Part shown: in pieces, positions 1 to 13,234 of the stretch
How the letters are laid out: each line of letters begins with the position of its first letter
Numbering within the stretch: position 1 is the first letter of the stretch
Assembly: GCA_951406725.2 (NCBI GenBank)
Contig: OX597828.1
Location: forward strand, 18,600,001 to 18,664,000
Origin: Octopus vulgaris
Lineage: Eukaryota
Length of the DNA stretch: 64,000 nucleotides
Direction of reading: 5' to 3'
Notes under the pieces: generated by a model
Told to the model about the DNA's origin: nothing
Seen by the model: only the letters and a program-made list of their open reading frames with translations
Databases searched by the model: none
Position numbers and translations under genes: made by a program

Positions 1-724
1 ATATACATTAAAATATATATGTACGTACATATATATGTATATATATACACACATATATATAAAAATATACGAGTGTACATATGTGCAAATCAGCATATAT
101 ATGCATGTGTATATGTGTTTGCCACGCACACGTGTTTATGGATGCAATTTCTTTTAGATAAATTGATAATTTCTTTTCTCTATATGCTTTTAGTTTGGGT
201 ATTATTACTTTTTCGTTTTTCATTTTATTAATTCCAGTTTTTTAAACAAACCTACTCTGATTCTACCAAGCTTTTTGTTCTCCTCTTTCTTGCTGAATCG
301 AATCCCATTCCCAAGGTCACATATTACTTTTACCAACATTTCTTAGATTAAGCAACGGAACTTCGTCAATTCGCTTCTTTCCTTCCTTTATCTATTGAAT
401 CATTTATTGTATACGTGTGTAGGCATGCATGCATGTATGTATGTATGTATGTATGTATGTATGTATGTATGTATGTATGTGTGTGTGTGTGTGTGTGTGT
501 TTGTTTGCGCGACTGTTTGTGTTTGTTTGCCTGCGTTTCTGTGGGTTTGTACAAATATAAATACCTACAAATATATGTCTGTGAGTGTGCGTGAGTATAA
601 CATAGATGTATGTGTGTATATATATGTATATGTGTGTGTGTGTGTGTATGTGTGCGCATATGTATATGTAGGTATGTATAAATATACATACATACAAATA
701 TACATACATGTGTGTGTATATGTA

Positions 725-764
<40 letters not shown>

Positions 765-2142
765 TATGCACATATCATTTTCACTGTATGTGTATGTGTA
801 TATATATATATATATATAACGTTATTATTCTGCTAACTTTGTGCTAATGTTTTGCTGTTGATTTTTTTTTTAATTCAATAACGCAAACACGATACAGGTT
901 TATGTAGAAGGCTTGATACAATGTGATGCTGTAAATGAAATCTAAATCAACAATCTACAAGATATATATAAGAACAAAACCATATACGAAGGGGCAAAAA
1001 CCGCTACGTGGCAGAAAGCTAAGGGCCCAGAACACTTTGCACTTCCAGTACTTAGATTTTCTTCAACGATGCTAACTACAGGCTTAATCCTAATACTGGC
1101 TCTCTTATATGTTTCCTCCCTTGCATTCTTCTTTCGTGAATTTTACCAGGGCGGAAATAGTTTTTTTTTTCTTCTCGACCCTGTACTTCTACTTGAAATA
1201 TAACTTCAACAAATTAATGAGGGCTCCGTTTATTATGTGGAAAAGTACCCTGATTTCAAGCTTTTCCAACACTTCCAATGCAATGCTTATTTACTCACAT
1301 AATTTTCTAATTGACCAATGTTTTATCTCGTAGTTTACAGATTTTAATGGTGTGCTTGTTGAGTTTTAAAATTGCATTGTAAGGTCGGTGTGAGAGGCCG
1401 GATCTTGCAAATTTCAACATAAAACACGTTGAATATTTTGACCTAACATGGCCGCCGGTTTCAATGTTTAAAGGTAAATGCATGCCACGGCTTTCTTACA
1501 CGTTACTAATTATAGTTTAACTTTCATTCTTATCAATTATTATTTATAATGGCTCTGTTCTGAACCCGCTTTAGTAACTCGCTAATCCTGTCTCTATACG
1601 CTTTTCGCAATGTCTAAAAATCTTAAACTAAAATGAGTTAAGAGCGGCAAGTGGAATGCATATCAACAACAGAGACAAATACTGGTATATCAAATATCAT
1701 ACAATATAAATTCTTGATTCGTTAAAATCATCTCCACCACCAGAGGGCACGACACAGTTACGAAATTTCAATTTGGAACAGTTCTAAATGAGGAGGGGAG
1801 ATAATTTCAAGAATAAAGAATTTCTCCAATGTTGACGTGCCCATTATAGGGAGATGAGATATCGAATGCCATATTGCATAAGTTTTAGATTCTTTAAAAG
1901 TATCCCACCAGAGGATGGGAAATAATTAGCAACTAGCAACTGAGAATAGCTCTACAAGAGAAGGTGAAATAATAGTGAGAATCAAGGACTCTCCAAAGCT
2001 GACATGCCGTTAAGAAAATGGACAGACTTATTGTCGGGAGATAAGAGAACAATCGTAGATACCGATTTCTACCCAAAGAGATGTCATCAGCACGACAATT
2101 CTCCTACCCTATCACCAGTGTTGAAATCGTGTGTTGAAACAG

Positions 2143-2565
2143 ATATTGTTGTATTTCGGAATGGTCATTTTACAAGTTTAGCCAATAAAAACACACGCAC
2201 TATATATTTGGTGTTACTTTGCTTCAGCGTTATTTATTATTTACATTAATCTTAATCTTATTTCGGCCAGAGTTCTTTCGTCACACTCCTGTGACCGCAC
2301 CAGTGGTCCTTTGCTTTCTTCTTTCTTATTTGTGTGTCTCTCCTTACTAACAGTCAGCCATTTTGTATTTTGTATTCTTATTGTATACAAAAGAAAGAAG
2401 AAAGCAAAGGACCACTGATGCGGTTACAGGAGTGTGACGAAAGAACTCTGGCCGAAATAAGATTAAGATTAATGTAAAAAATAAATAACGCTGAAGCAAA
2501 GTAACACCAAATATATAGTGCGTGTGTTTTTATTGGCTAAACTGGCAAAATATCCATTCCTAAAT

Positions 2566-2575
<10 letters not shown>
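2143..2575. mobile_element. Fold-back element (185-bp inverted arms, ~63-bp spacer), probably PLE-derived
   Basis: 2143-2327 is a near-perfect reverse complement of 2391-2575. Each arm has a minimal hammerhead-like motif, and the element abuts a (TA)n tract. Confidence 0.75.
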
Positions 2576-2653
<78 letters not shown>

Positions 2654-2777
2654 CGGGCTTCTTTCAATTTCCGTCTACCAAATCTACTCACAAGGCTTTG
2701 GAAGATACTTGCCCAGTGGGACTGAACCCGGAACCATTTGGTTGCGAAATAAATTTCTTACCACACAGCTACTCCTG

Positions 2778-2808
<31 letters not shown>

Positions 2809-2813
2809 ATGTG

Positions 2814-3050
2814 TAGACGGTTGGCCAAAAGTCACCCGACAGTAAATCAAAAGTCCATAAATACTTAATATTAAATTTTAATTATTCATTTGGGAAAATG
2901 GTGTCGCTCAAGAAGGAATTCAGTTTGAACAATTTTCACGATGTTTCATATTTAGATGGTTTCATTAAATTCATTCAGCTGTTAAACATAAATAAATCTT
3001 GAATTAAATGGTTTTGATTTGCTGTCAGGTGACTTTTGGCCAACGCTGTA
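2814..3050. mobile_element. Tc1/mariner-type MITE
   Basis: Terminal inverted repeats gttggccaaaagtcacccgacagtaaatcaaaa / ttttgatttgctgtcaggtgacttttggccaac; right end ...ctg followed by TA. Confidence 0.75.
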
Positions 3051-3120
3051 TATATCACTCAGTAGCATCGAAAAGTCATATCTGAGGGTAACTTCCTCTC
3101 GCTATTCACAGAACTTCGAG

Positions 3121-3545
3121 AGGCGCAGGAGTGGCTGTGTGGTAAGTAGCCTATCTACCAACCACATGGTTCCGGGTTCAGTCCCACTGTGTGGCACCTT
3201 GGGCAAGTGTCTTCTACTATAGCCTCGGGCCGACCAATGCCTTGTGAGTGGATTTGGTAGACGGAAACTGAAAGAAGCCCGTCGTATATATGTATATATA
3301 TATATATGTATGCGTGTGTGTGTTTGTGTGTCTGTGTTTGTCCCCATAGCATTGCTTGACAACAGATGCTGGTGTGTTTGTGTCCCCGTCACTTAGCGGT
3401 TCGGCAAAAGAGACCGATAGAATAAGTACTAGGCTTACAATAGAATAAGTTCCGGGGTCGAGTTGCTCGATTAAAGGCGGTGCTCCAGCATGGCCGCAGT
3501 CAAATGACTGAAACAAGTAAAAGAGTAAAGAGTAAAAAGAGTAAA
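3121..3545 (+). mobile_element. tRNA-derived SINE family 1 (CORE-like, internal (TA)n(TG)n), full length
   Basis: A box tggctgtgtggt, B box ggttcagtccc, CORE-like ccttgggcaagtg and a (aaagagta)n tail; more than 15 copies in the window. Confidence 0.9.
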
Positions 3546-3572
3546 TATATAGGGAATTAGGCATTACCTTCA

Positions 3573-3627
<55 letters not shown>

Positions 3628-4062
3628 ACTCTTTTACTCTTTTACTTGTTTCAGTCATTTGACTGAGGCCATGCTGGAGCACCACCTTTTAGTCGAGCAA
3701 ATCGACCCCAGGACTTATTTTTTGTAAGCCTAGTACTTATTCTATCGGCCTCTTTTGCCGAACCGCTAAGTTACGGGGATGTAAACACACCAGCATCGGT
3801 TGTCAAGCGATGGTTGGGGTAGGACAAACACAGACACACAAACACAGACACACAAACATAGACACACACACACACACACATATTTATATATATATATATA
3901 TATATACATATATACGACGGGCTTCTTTTCAGTTTCCCTCTACTAAATCCACTCACAAGACTTTGGTCGGCCCGAGGCTATAGTAGAAGATATTTGCCCA
4001 AGGTGCCACGCAGTGGGACTGAACCCGGAACCATGTGGTTCGGAAGCAAGCTACTTACCACA
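3628..4062 (-). mobile_element. SINE family 1
   Basis: Reverse complement of the 3121-3545 element; tail-to-tail with it across (CT)n. Confidence 0.9.
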
Positions 4063-4137
4063 CATCTCAATTTTTTCTTCTCATTCTCTCTATCCGCTCT
4101 CACTCTCTGTCTCCCTCTCACTCTCTCTCTCTATATA

Positions 4138-4180
<43 letters not shown>

Positions 4181-5223
4181 ATCAGTCTTTCACTCCCATA
4201 CTCTCTCTCTCTCACACACACATACACACACTGACCAACCGATAAAATACAAATTTGCTTGCAACCGGGCTTGTTTCTTTGTGAACCCCACGATTAACAG
4301 GACCACAACGTGAGTTCCTTTCTTGAGCCCTTAAACAAATTCCTAACCACATCACAAGTGAGAGAGGGGGGAGGAACGCTTTCAGCATATGACTGGTACA
4401 GTATCGGTTTGCTTTATACGTAACAACTATTCATTTCTAACATAAACTCAAGGCTAACATAACTTAAAGGAGAGCATATCGTCGGTATGCGGTATGACTG
4501 CCCCCAATATGTAACTGGTACTATATTTTATCGACTTTTCGAAGGAAGGAAAAGCAAATCCGATCTAGACGAAATTCGAGGTTAGAACGTAAAGTGACAC
4601 AACTAAAATTTATTTAAGTAATTTTCCCGGCACTCTCCCGATTCTGCCAACCATCGCATTTAAGAAACAAATTAAATTCATTACTTTGAAGGTCAAACTA
4701 TTATTTCTCCCCTCTTTCTTTCTTATTAAAACAAACAAGAACAATATCAGCAACAAATAAGATGCCGTGTAAAAGTAAAATATATTTTGTATTTCAAAAA
4801 CCAAAATATAATACAATAAAACGATGACATTTTCAACATTTGATATCAATCAACTTCGTTTTAGAAAAACCTGAACAGAACACAAATTGTATTGTTCTGT
4901 TGTATATCTATTGTTAAGCTCTTGCTATATTCCTTGTTATATTTGCCTCCGCCTCCGCTCCATCCTCCTCCCTCACCGATGATTCTTACTCACTTCTTAC
5001 CCTCCACCTACTTCTCAACTGCTACGTCCTAACCCCTCCCACACATACACACACACACACACCAAGACTCCCTTTTTTTCCTTCAACAAAGCACTTTTAG
5101 AATTTTCATCAATGCGTTTAGTCTTTAATTGCCATCCTTGAGTTATTGTTCTTAAACTTACTTAACTGTTTCTTGCCCCCCACCGTTCCCATACCATCTT
5201 GTGTCACGTCACACGCCCACCTG

Positions 5224-5568
<345 letters not shown>

Positions 5569-5659
5569 ATCCTCCTTCTTCTTCTTCGTAATTCCATTTA
5601 TGGTCTCTTCAGACTATTACGTTCAAGGAGAATACATCATCTGACTCCATTTTGTTTCT

Positions 5660-6037
5660 TGTCGTCAAAATTATCACCATCAATGTCACGCTCATCATCA
5701 CCATCACCATCATCAACATCATCATCGACATTATTTTTAATCATTACCATCGTCGTCGTGGTCGTTGTCATCATCATCATCATCATCATCATCGTCATCG
5801 TTATTGTCATAGTCGTCACCATCAACGTCGTCGTCATCATCGTCATGGTCGTTGTCGTCATAATCATCACCGTCATTCTTCTAATCATCATCGTAGTCGT
5901 TGCCGACGTCGCATCGTTGTCGTCGACGTCGTCATCTCCACCACGATCATCATTCCCATCATCACCCTCATCATCACCATCATCGCCGTCGTCGTCTTCG
6001 TTGTCGTCCTATCATTATCGTCATTTCCAATACTATC

Positions 6038-6069
<32 letters not shown>

Positions 6070-6172
6070 TTTCATCATCCTCGTTCTTGACGTCATCCTC
6101 GTTCTTGACGTCATCATCACCATCATCATCATCATCATTCTCATCGTCCACGTCCTCGAAATCATCATCATT
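5660..6172. repeat. Degenerate (CAT/CGT)n low-complexity tract
   Basis: Trinucleotide-periodic; it explains the His-, Ser- and Asp-rich ORFs. Confidence 0.9.
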
Positions 6173-6416
6173 GCTACGAAGGCGGCGCGCTGGTAGAATT
6201 GTTGGAGCGTCGATAAAAAGAATAGAAATAAAAAATAAATAAATAAAAAACAGGAAAAAAAAAACAGAACTCCGTACGAGTATTCGCTCTGAGTTTTTAC
6301 CTTCTGAAATCGAACTCAATCCACGAAAGAGAATTTACCCTTTCAGCCATTGAAGGAATGACCGATAAAACTAAAATACCAATCAACTACTAAGAGTCTA
6401 TGTAATCGTCTGATGT

Positions 6417-6712
6417 TGCTTGTTCCTTCTCGAGCCACGCCTGGCTCATAAGGGCCGGTTTCCCGGCGTATAGGTCCCCCCCCCCTGGACGGGACGCCAG
6501 TCCGTCGCAGGTTAGCTGCAACAAGATGCAGGAGGAAAGACTTAGAGAAAGTTGTGGCGAAAGAGTCAGCAGAAGTTCGCCATTACCTTCTGCCGGAGCC
6601 GCGTGGAGCGTAGGTGTTTCGCTCATAAGCACACACATCGCCCGGTCAGAGATTCGAACCTGCGATCCCTCGACCATGAGTCCGCTGCTCTAACCACTAG
6701 GCCATGTGCCAC
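6417..6712 (-). mobile_element. tRNA-derived SINE family 3 (V-domain-like)
   Basis: Minus strand: A box tggcctagtggttagagc, B box ggttcgaatct, and ctgcgacggactggcgtcccgtccaggg resembling the V-SINE domain. Inserted within a family 2 copy. Confidence 0.75.
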
Positions 6713-7275
6713 CACTCACTAGACCATATGCCTCCACAATCGTCTGATGTTTCCCCCGAAATTGTACACCTTGTATCTATATAACAAATTACTATTACCC
6801 ACTAGTTATATTTTATAGTGTGCTTTCACTAAAGTCTTCAGTGTAGCTCCCTGGGACATGGGTAGGTGCAGTGATTCGTTTGTTTTGTTTTCGTGTTGTT
6901 ATTCTTACTGTATCGTTATAAAGGTTCTACGTAAGATGTGCACAGAACCCGACAGTTATTTTTCCTATGTTATATATATTCATGAGAAGTCCCTGGGATT
7001 GGGTTATGCGTTTCGTAAGTCCTAGCGTCTTTATTATTATTATTATTATTGTTGTTGTTGTTGTTGTTGTTGTCATTATTATTATTATTCATGAGTTTGT
7101 ATGAGAAATTGATAAAATAAATACATTTGTGAAAGCTACTCGCACGCATACACACACACACATACATGCATTCACACGCATATATGATTTGTGAGAGTGC
7201 TTACTCATAAACATATATCCATACACATTTAAACGTATATATATATATATTTGTATGTGTATATATATATATATT

Positions 7276-7323
<48 letters not shown>

Positions 7324-7743
7324 AATATTTGTGTGTATATATATATATACAGTGTGTACATATATATATTTGTATGTATATATATATATTTACATATATA
7401 TATTTGTACATATATATATATATATTTATACATATATATTTGCATATATATATATATATATATATGTATTTATATATATATATATATATATATATTTGTA
7501 TGTATATATATACATAAATATTCTTATGCATATATACATATATATGTGTGTGTGTATATGTATGCATCCACATATAGCTGTCTGCGTTTACACACGAATA
7601 TACACACACACACACATACACATCTATATATACACATATGCATATATGTACACACGTACATATGTATATATATGTATATGCATATATATGTGTGTGTGTA
7701 AACACACGCATATGTACGTCAGTATGTGTGTATATATATATAC

Positions 7744-7824
<81 letters not shown>

Positions 7825-8874
7825 TGTACTAAGGAAAATAGGAACATATATTAAAAAACGAATTAATAATGGAATCTCAGTCAGTGAATTTAATTAAAAT
7901 CTCACTGATATTATTTCTGTTTATTTGCTTTAATTACATTTTTTTACTCTATAAAATTGAATGCTGCGAAAATATAAATGTAATGAGAGCAAAATTATAT
8001 TATTTAACAAATGAAATTAAAAGTATATTTCCAGATTTAAGTAAGCAACATTAAGGAAGAGTCCTTAGCATTTACGTTTGTGTGTATATGTGTATATATA
8101 TATATATTGTGTATATATATATATGTGTATATATATATATATTGTGTGTATATGTGTATATATTTTATAATGTATATTTATACATATATTTATACATATG
8201 TACATATGTTCATATATGTGGTACAACTATGTATACATACATATATACGTATATGTTTATATATATGTACACAAATAAGCTCTCGCACGCGTGCACACAC
8301 ATACATACACACAAAGATACATATATATATATATAGATGTTTATGCCTACACATATATACATATATTGACAGATAGATATATATGCGTGTGTGTGTGTGT
8401 GTATTCTCATCCATGCACATATCTATATATACATAAATACGTATATATGTATATGTGTGTGTGGGTATGTATGTATATACATATATATATACTTTTATAT
8501 ATACATAGATGTAGAATATTTGAATGTTTAGCGGCACATTCTGCAACACTTCTAATTAATTAGAATTAAATAATTATCATAGAATAAATTTCTAATTTCT
8601 CCCGTTGGACAACGAGTTGATTGCCTGATTCGTTAGGTCGGACCATTTGGAGCTTTTTGGCAAATATTTTTGAATCCACCATGTTCAAATCCCGTCGGTA
8701 TTAGCTTTATTTTTAACGTTATGAGGGTAAATTAAATATAGCAACTGTATCTCTCGTATTTTTTGTTTTAAAACACTCACAACTTACACGAGTACATACA
8801 AAGGTAACTATTGATTCAATTTCGTGAGAAATGTTGCTTAAATAAACACATTGTGAGTATTAGACACCATGGGA

Positions 8875-9235
8875 CTATATTAGAAAACTTATTGCAACGT
8901 TACACACCATTGCAAATGCCACATTGAAAACTAGGATCCGGTGAAGTCGTATAAATTCTTCGACAACCTCTTTCCGATAAATACAGCAGGGAACTGAATC
9001 TTGCCAACACATATAAGGCCTTCCAGCAGCAATCCTCTCCAGCCAAGGTTTGACCACTGTCTTCATCAGCCTTACATAGCCTTCTGAATTGCGCCTAAAG
9101 CCCTGTTAAAAGATGTAGAGTGACACGTCGTCAGCTTCACTGGAGACTCATGCAAAGACCATCGCAGTTTGGTGGGGAGCTTGGTTTCCATGATACGTGG
9201 GACATCACACACTTATAGGCAAGCCATCTTTACAG
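8875..9235 (-). pseudogene. Tc1/mariner (DD37D/maT-like) transposase remnant
   Basis: Minus-strand peptides MVFA*VSSEADDV, GFRRNSEGYVRLMKTVVKPWLERIAAGRPY and QDSVPC resemble the catalytic region (QQDSAPCH); stops and deletions present. Confidence 0.7.
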
Positions 9236-9679
9236 TGTTCACAGAGCATTGAGCAGCAGTCATGAGGTCGGCATTTAGATACCCAGCATAAATCATCATG
9301 ACACAGATGACTCTTTACTAACATTCACGTGGCTTCACATTAGCTGAAGTTTTCTCAATTACAGCGTTAATCTTTATACTCTCCGATCCCGTTGACTGTT
9401 CACAAATCCATCAAGTTGTTCTTGAACAAAGGAGAGAAAATATGCCAAATTGAGACCGAACATCCCGGACTTTATAATCATCTCATAATAATGACTTTTA
9501 TGACTTTTATTACTACCTCAGTCCGTCTAAATGTATATATTTATCGTCACCTTTCATAAAAAGCCTTTTTTTTTTATTTACAATTTGCATTTCCGTTGAT
9601 TTTTTATATTACATTTCCACGTGTATTTTATATTTTCTTATTGTAACATATTTCTACTATATATATATATATATATATA

Positions 9680-9840
9680 TAGCTGAAATTTACAGAAAAA
9701 CACAAGACGAAGAAAGGTGTATAAACAACAAACAGGTGTATTAGATTAATGCTCGGTAAGGTGAAAAAGTATTTTACGTTTCGAGCCTACGCTCTTCAAC
9801 AGAAAGGAACATGAGGAGTAAACAGAGAGAGAATTTTAAA
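9680..9840 (-). mobile_element. PLE-terminal-repeat-like fragment with minimal hammerhead-like motif
   Basis: Minus strand of 9772-9806: CUUU CUGUUGAA GAGC-GUAG-GCUC GAAA CG UA AAA. It sits next to (TA)n, and related sequence occurs at ~11640-11720 and ~30520-30600. Confidence 0.5.
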
Positions 9841-9885
9841 AAAAGGCTTTTGGAGCTAGCAGTCAACTATGGTGGCTGACTGGAC

Positions 9886-9956
<71 letters not shown>

Positions 9957-9959
<3 letters not shown>

Positions 9960-10170
9960 TAATCCCTCGACTATCGCGGGTGTTACGCTCCAAAAACCCC
10001 GCGATAGGTGAAAATCTGCGAAGTAGAAACAGTATTGTACTGTATATGTTTTTTTTTATAATTGGCATATATTTTTTTATCATAAATGCAAAACAACACC
10101 ACGGAGGAATTGACATAAGCTTAAAGAATAAACTGCGATTGGTGAACCGCGATATGGCGAGGAATTACTG
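9957..10170. mobile_element. Tigger/pogo-like MITE
   Basis: TA|cagtaatccctcgactatcgcgg ... ccgcgatatggcgaggaattactg|TA: terminal inverted repeats and TA target duplication. Confidence 0.8.
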
Positions 10171-10171
10171 T

Positions 10172-10500
10172 AAAGGGTAAAGACCCCCATCAGTCATGAA
10201 TGATCATGAGATTGCGCCTAGAAAGTTCCCCTCCGAGGCACAAGTCCGGACAAGGTTGTTTAAAGAGGACCAGCAGTTGCTTATGCATACCAGACCCTCC
10301 TCTCCATGCCACTGATGTTATCCAAGGGAAAGACAAAAACTGATACAACTTAACACCATTGACGTCACAAATCATTCCTGCATTTGAGTGAACTGGAGCA
10401 ACGTGAAATAAAGTGTTTTGCTGAAGAACACAACACACAGCCGGGTCCATAATTTCGTGATTGTGGGCCCGACTCTCTAATCACTGAGTCATGCACCTTC
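10172..10500 (-). mobile_element. tRNA-derived SINE family 4
   Basis: tRNA-like head at 10450-10500 and gagtgaactggagcaacgtgaaataaagtg segment; second copy at 59180-59490. Confidence 0.7.
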
Positions 10501-10875
10501 ATGTCTATCTACCTAGGGCGGGTAAAATTCCCGAAATCCATGGACGAGTTCTCTCCAGCGGCCATTGTCTCTCATCATCGCTGCCATGTCCTGTGTCACA
10601 TAGAGACCAGTTTCTGTGCTTAGGGCATCAACACATGCCATCCTCAGTATCTCTCTTCTAGTTAGTCTGTGTAGGAGCTCTAACAAGAACACTGAGGGCA
10701 GTAGTAACTATATATATCTCAAAGATAATCTGGAACTTGACTGAGGAAAGAAAGCTCCGAATGACCCGTCCTTGTTTTCTTTCTATCGTCTGTCTGGATG
10801 TTTTTGCGTTTTTTATATATATAAATATAGCGGTGTACGTACACTTTGGTCTCTTATATGTAAGTATATATATAC

Positions 10876-11280
10876 TCTTTTTACTTGTTTCGGTCATTTG
10901 ACTGCGGCCATGCTGGAGCACCGCCTTTAATCGAGCAACTCGACCCCGGAACTTATTCTATTGTAAGCCCAGTACTTATTCTATCGGTCTCTTTTGCCGA
11001 ACCGCTAAGTGACGGGGACACAAACACACCAGCATCTGTTGTCAAGCAATGCTATGGGGACAAACACAGATACACAAACACACACACGCATACATATATA
11101 TATATATACATATATACGACGGGCTTCTTTCAGTTTCCGTCTGCCAAATCCACTCACAAGGCATTGGTCGGCCCGAGGCTATAGTAGAAGACACTTGCCC
11201 AAGGTGCCACACAGTGGGACTGAACCCGGAACCATGTGGTTGGTAGACAGGCTACTTACCACACAGCCACTCCTGCGCCT
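10876..11280 (-). mobile_element. SINE family 1
   Basis: Full-length inverted copy, nearly identical to 3121-3545. Confidence 0.9.
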
Positions 11281-12024
11281 ATATCTAAATTTTGTACGAC
11301 TTTATTCTTTTATTCTTTCCATCTTTCTATCAGCCCCTTCACACTTACTTCGTTCATTCCACTCTTTATTCTTTCCTTCCCCCTCTCTCACATTTCCTGG
11401 CCTTCTCTTCATGCTCAACTTCCCTCTCCCTCTTTCACTTTACTCTGTCACTTTCATTTTTTCTCGCCCCTCCTTAATTCTTCTATCCCTCTGCCTCTAC
11501 CTCTCTCTCTTCTCTTCTCACGTGACCGGTGTTCGGCCAAGCCTGATCTTTCTTTCATGGTTCGACTACCATCCGTGCAACATCTATATTCCTCCTTGTG
11601 CCTGTGAAATCTTGTATCTCTGCCGTAAGGCTTTACTTCCACAGACGTCAGCTTAATTTGATTCTTCCTAAGTCGAAAGACACCTGTTTGTTAGTGTCCT
11701 GTTATTTGTATTTTTGTGTCATTCCTCTGTTTTTTTCCGTCCTTGTTTTCGTATATCGAGTATAACCAGCCGAAATTGCAAAGATAATCTGGAACTCGAC
11801 TGAGGAAAGAAAACTCCGAATAACCCGCCCTTGTTTCATTGTAACTGTCTGTCTGAAAGTTTTGTTGTCCCTTTTTTGTATTACCTAACTGGCTGGTTGT
11901 TTTGCGCTTTTGCCTCATTTTTGTATATATATATATGAGGTGAAGTTGCGTGATTTAGTGAATAGAGTATTAGGCTCACAATTGCAAGGTCATGAATTCA
12001 ATTCCTAGCGGCACATTGTGTCCC

Positions 12025-12252
12025 TAGCCAGGCTCATGAGCTCGGTTTCCCGGTTTCAATTGCGTATGTGCTCTCCAGTTGGACGGGACGCCAGTCCATC
12101 GCAGCGTTACTCATTTTTGCCAGCTGAGTGGACTGGAGCAACGTGAAATGAAGTGTTTTGCTCAAGAACACAACGCGTCGCCCGGTCCAGGAATCGAAAC
12201 CACAATCTTACGATCATGATGCTGACACCCTAACCACTAAGCCACGCGCCTC
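12025..12252 (-). mobile_element. SINE family 3 (V-domain-like)
   Basis: tggacgggacgccagtccatcgcag shared with the 6417-6712 copy; tRNA head at 12190-12250. Confidence 0.75.
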
Positions 12253-12320
12253 TACACACACACACGCACACACACACACATGCACACACACACACACATA
12301 TTTATATGTATGTATGTATA

Positions 12321-12354
<34 letters not shown>

Positions 12355-13085
12355 ATGTGTGTGTGTATGTATGTGTATATATATATATATATATACATCA
12401 TACATACACACCTGTATGATGTGTGCGTATATACATCACACAACGATATTTCACAACACAGGGAACTTGGCCCAGAATGTGATTTCCATTTTAAAACGAA
12501 GCTATTGTATTTCACAAACACATTTAATAATCTTGAGAGGAAAATATATGAAATATATTTTGAAATATATTTTCCTTGCACTTGAAGAAAAAAAAATTAA
12601 AAAAAAGAGCTGCTGTGTTAAATTAAAAGAAAGCAATTTCTGCAGCCGTGGTTTAATTTCATTGGAAATAATATTGTATAAAATTGCAATAAACTACATA
12701 AAGTATTAAAAAATATAAGTTATTTCATTGTTGAGTTTTTCCTGGTCATTTCAAAATTTCATGTGCACACCTTGCTGTTTATTGATATAATGTAAATTGA
12801 TCAGTCTCGGAAAATTGAATAATTTTTTTCTTTTCTTTTCTTTTTCATATTTGATTTGACATATTTGACAGACGTATACAATCATACATACATTTTTGTG
12901 TGTGTGTGTGTGTATGTATGTGTGGATACACACACGTGTATATGTATACATATATAGAAAGATATGTATGCATATATGTATACATATATAGAAAGATAGT
13001 TATAGATATAGACAGATATAGTTTATTATTTAAACACAACCAAAAATTATATGTACGTTGTGTATGTGTGTATATATATATTATG

Positions 13086-13160
<75 letters not shown>

Positions 13161-13174
13161 TCATATATATATGC

Positions 13175-13225
<51 letters not shown>

Positions 13226-13234
13226 TGTATGTAT

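Noticed and set aside
4301-4309. Plus-strand 9-nt microexon candidate (aacag|GACCACAAC|gtgagt)
   Set aside because: The polypyrimidine tract is weak and there are no partner exons; this is expected by chance in 64 kb.
6640-6712. tRNA-like sequence with A and B boxes
   Set aside because: It continues into a SINE body, so it is a SINE head rather than a tRNA gene.
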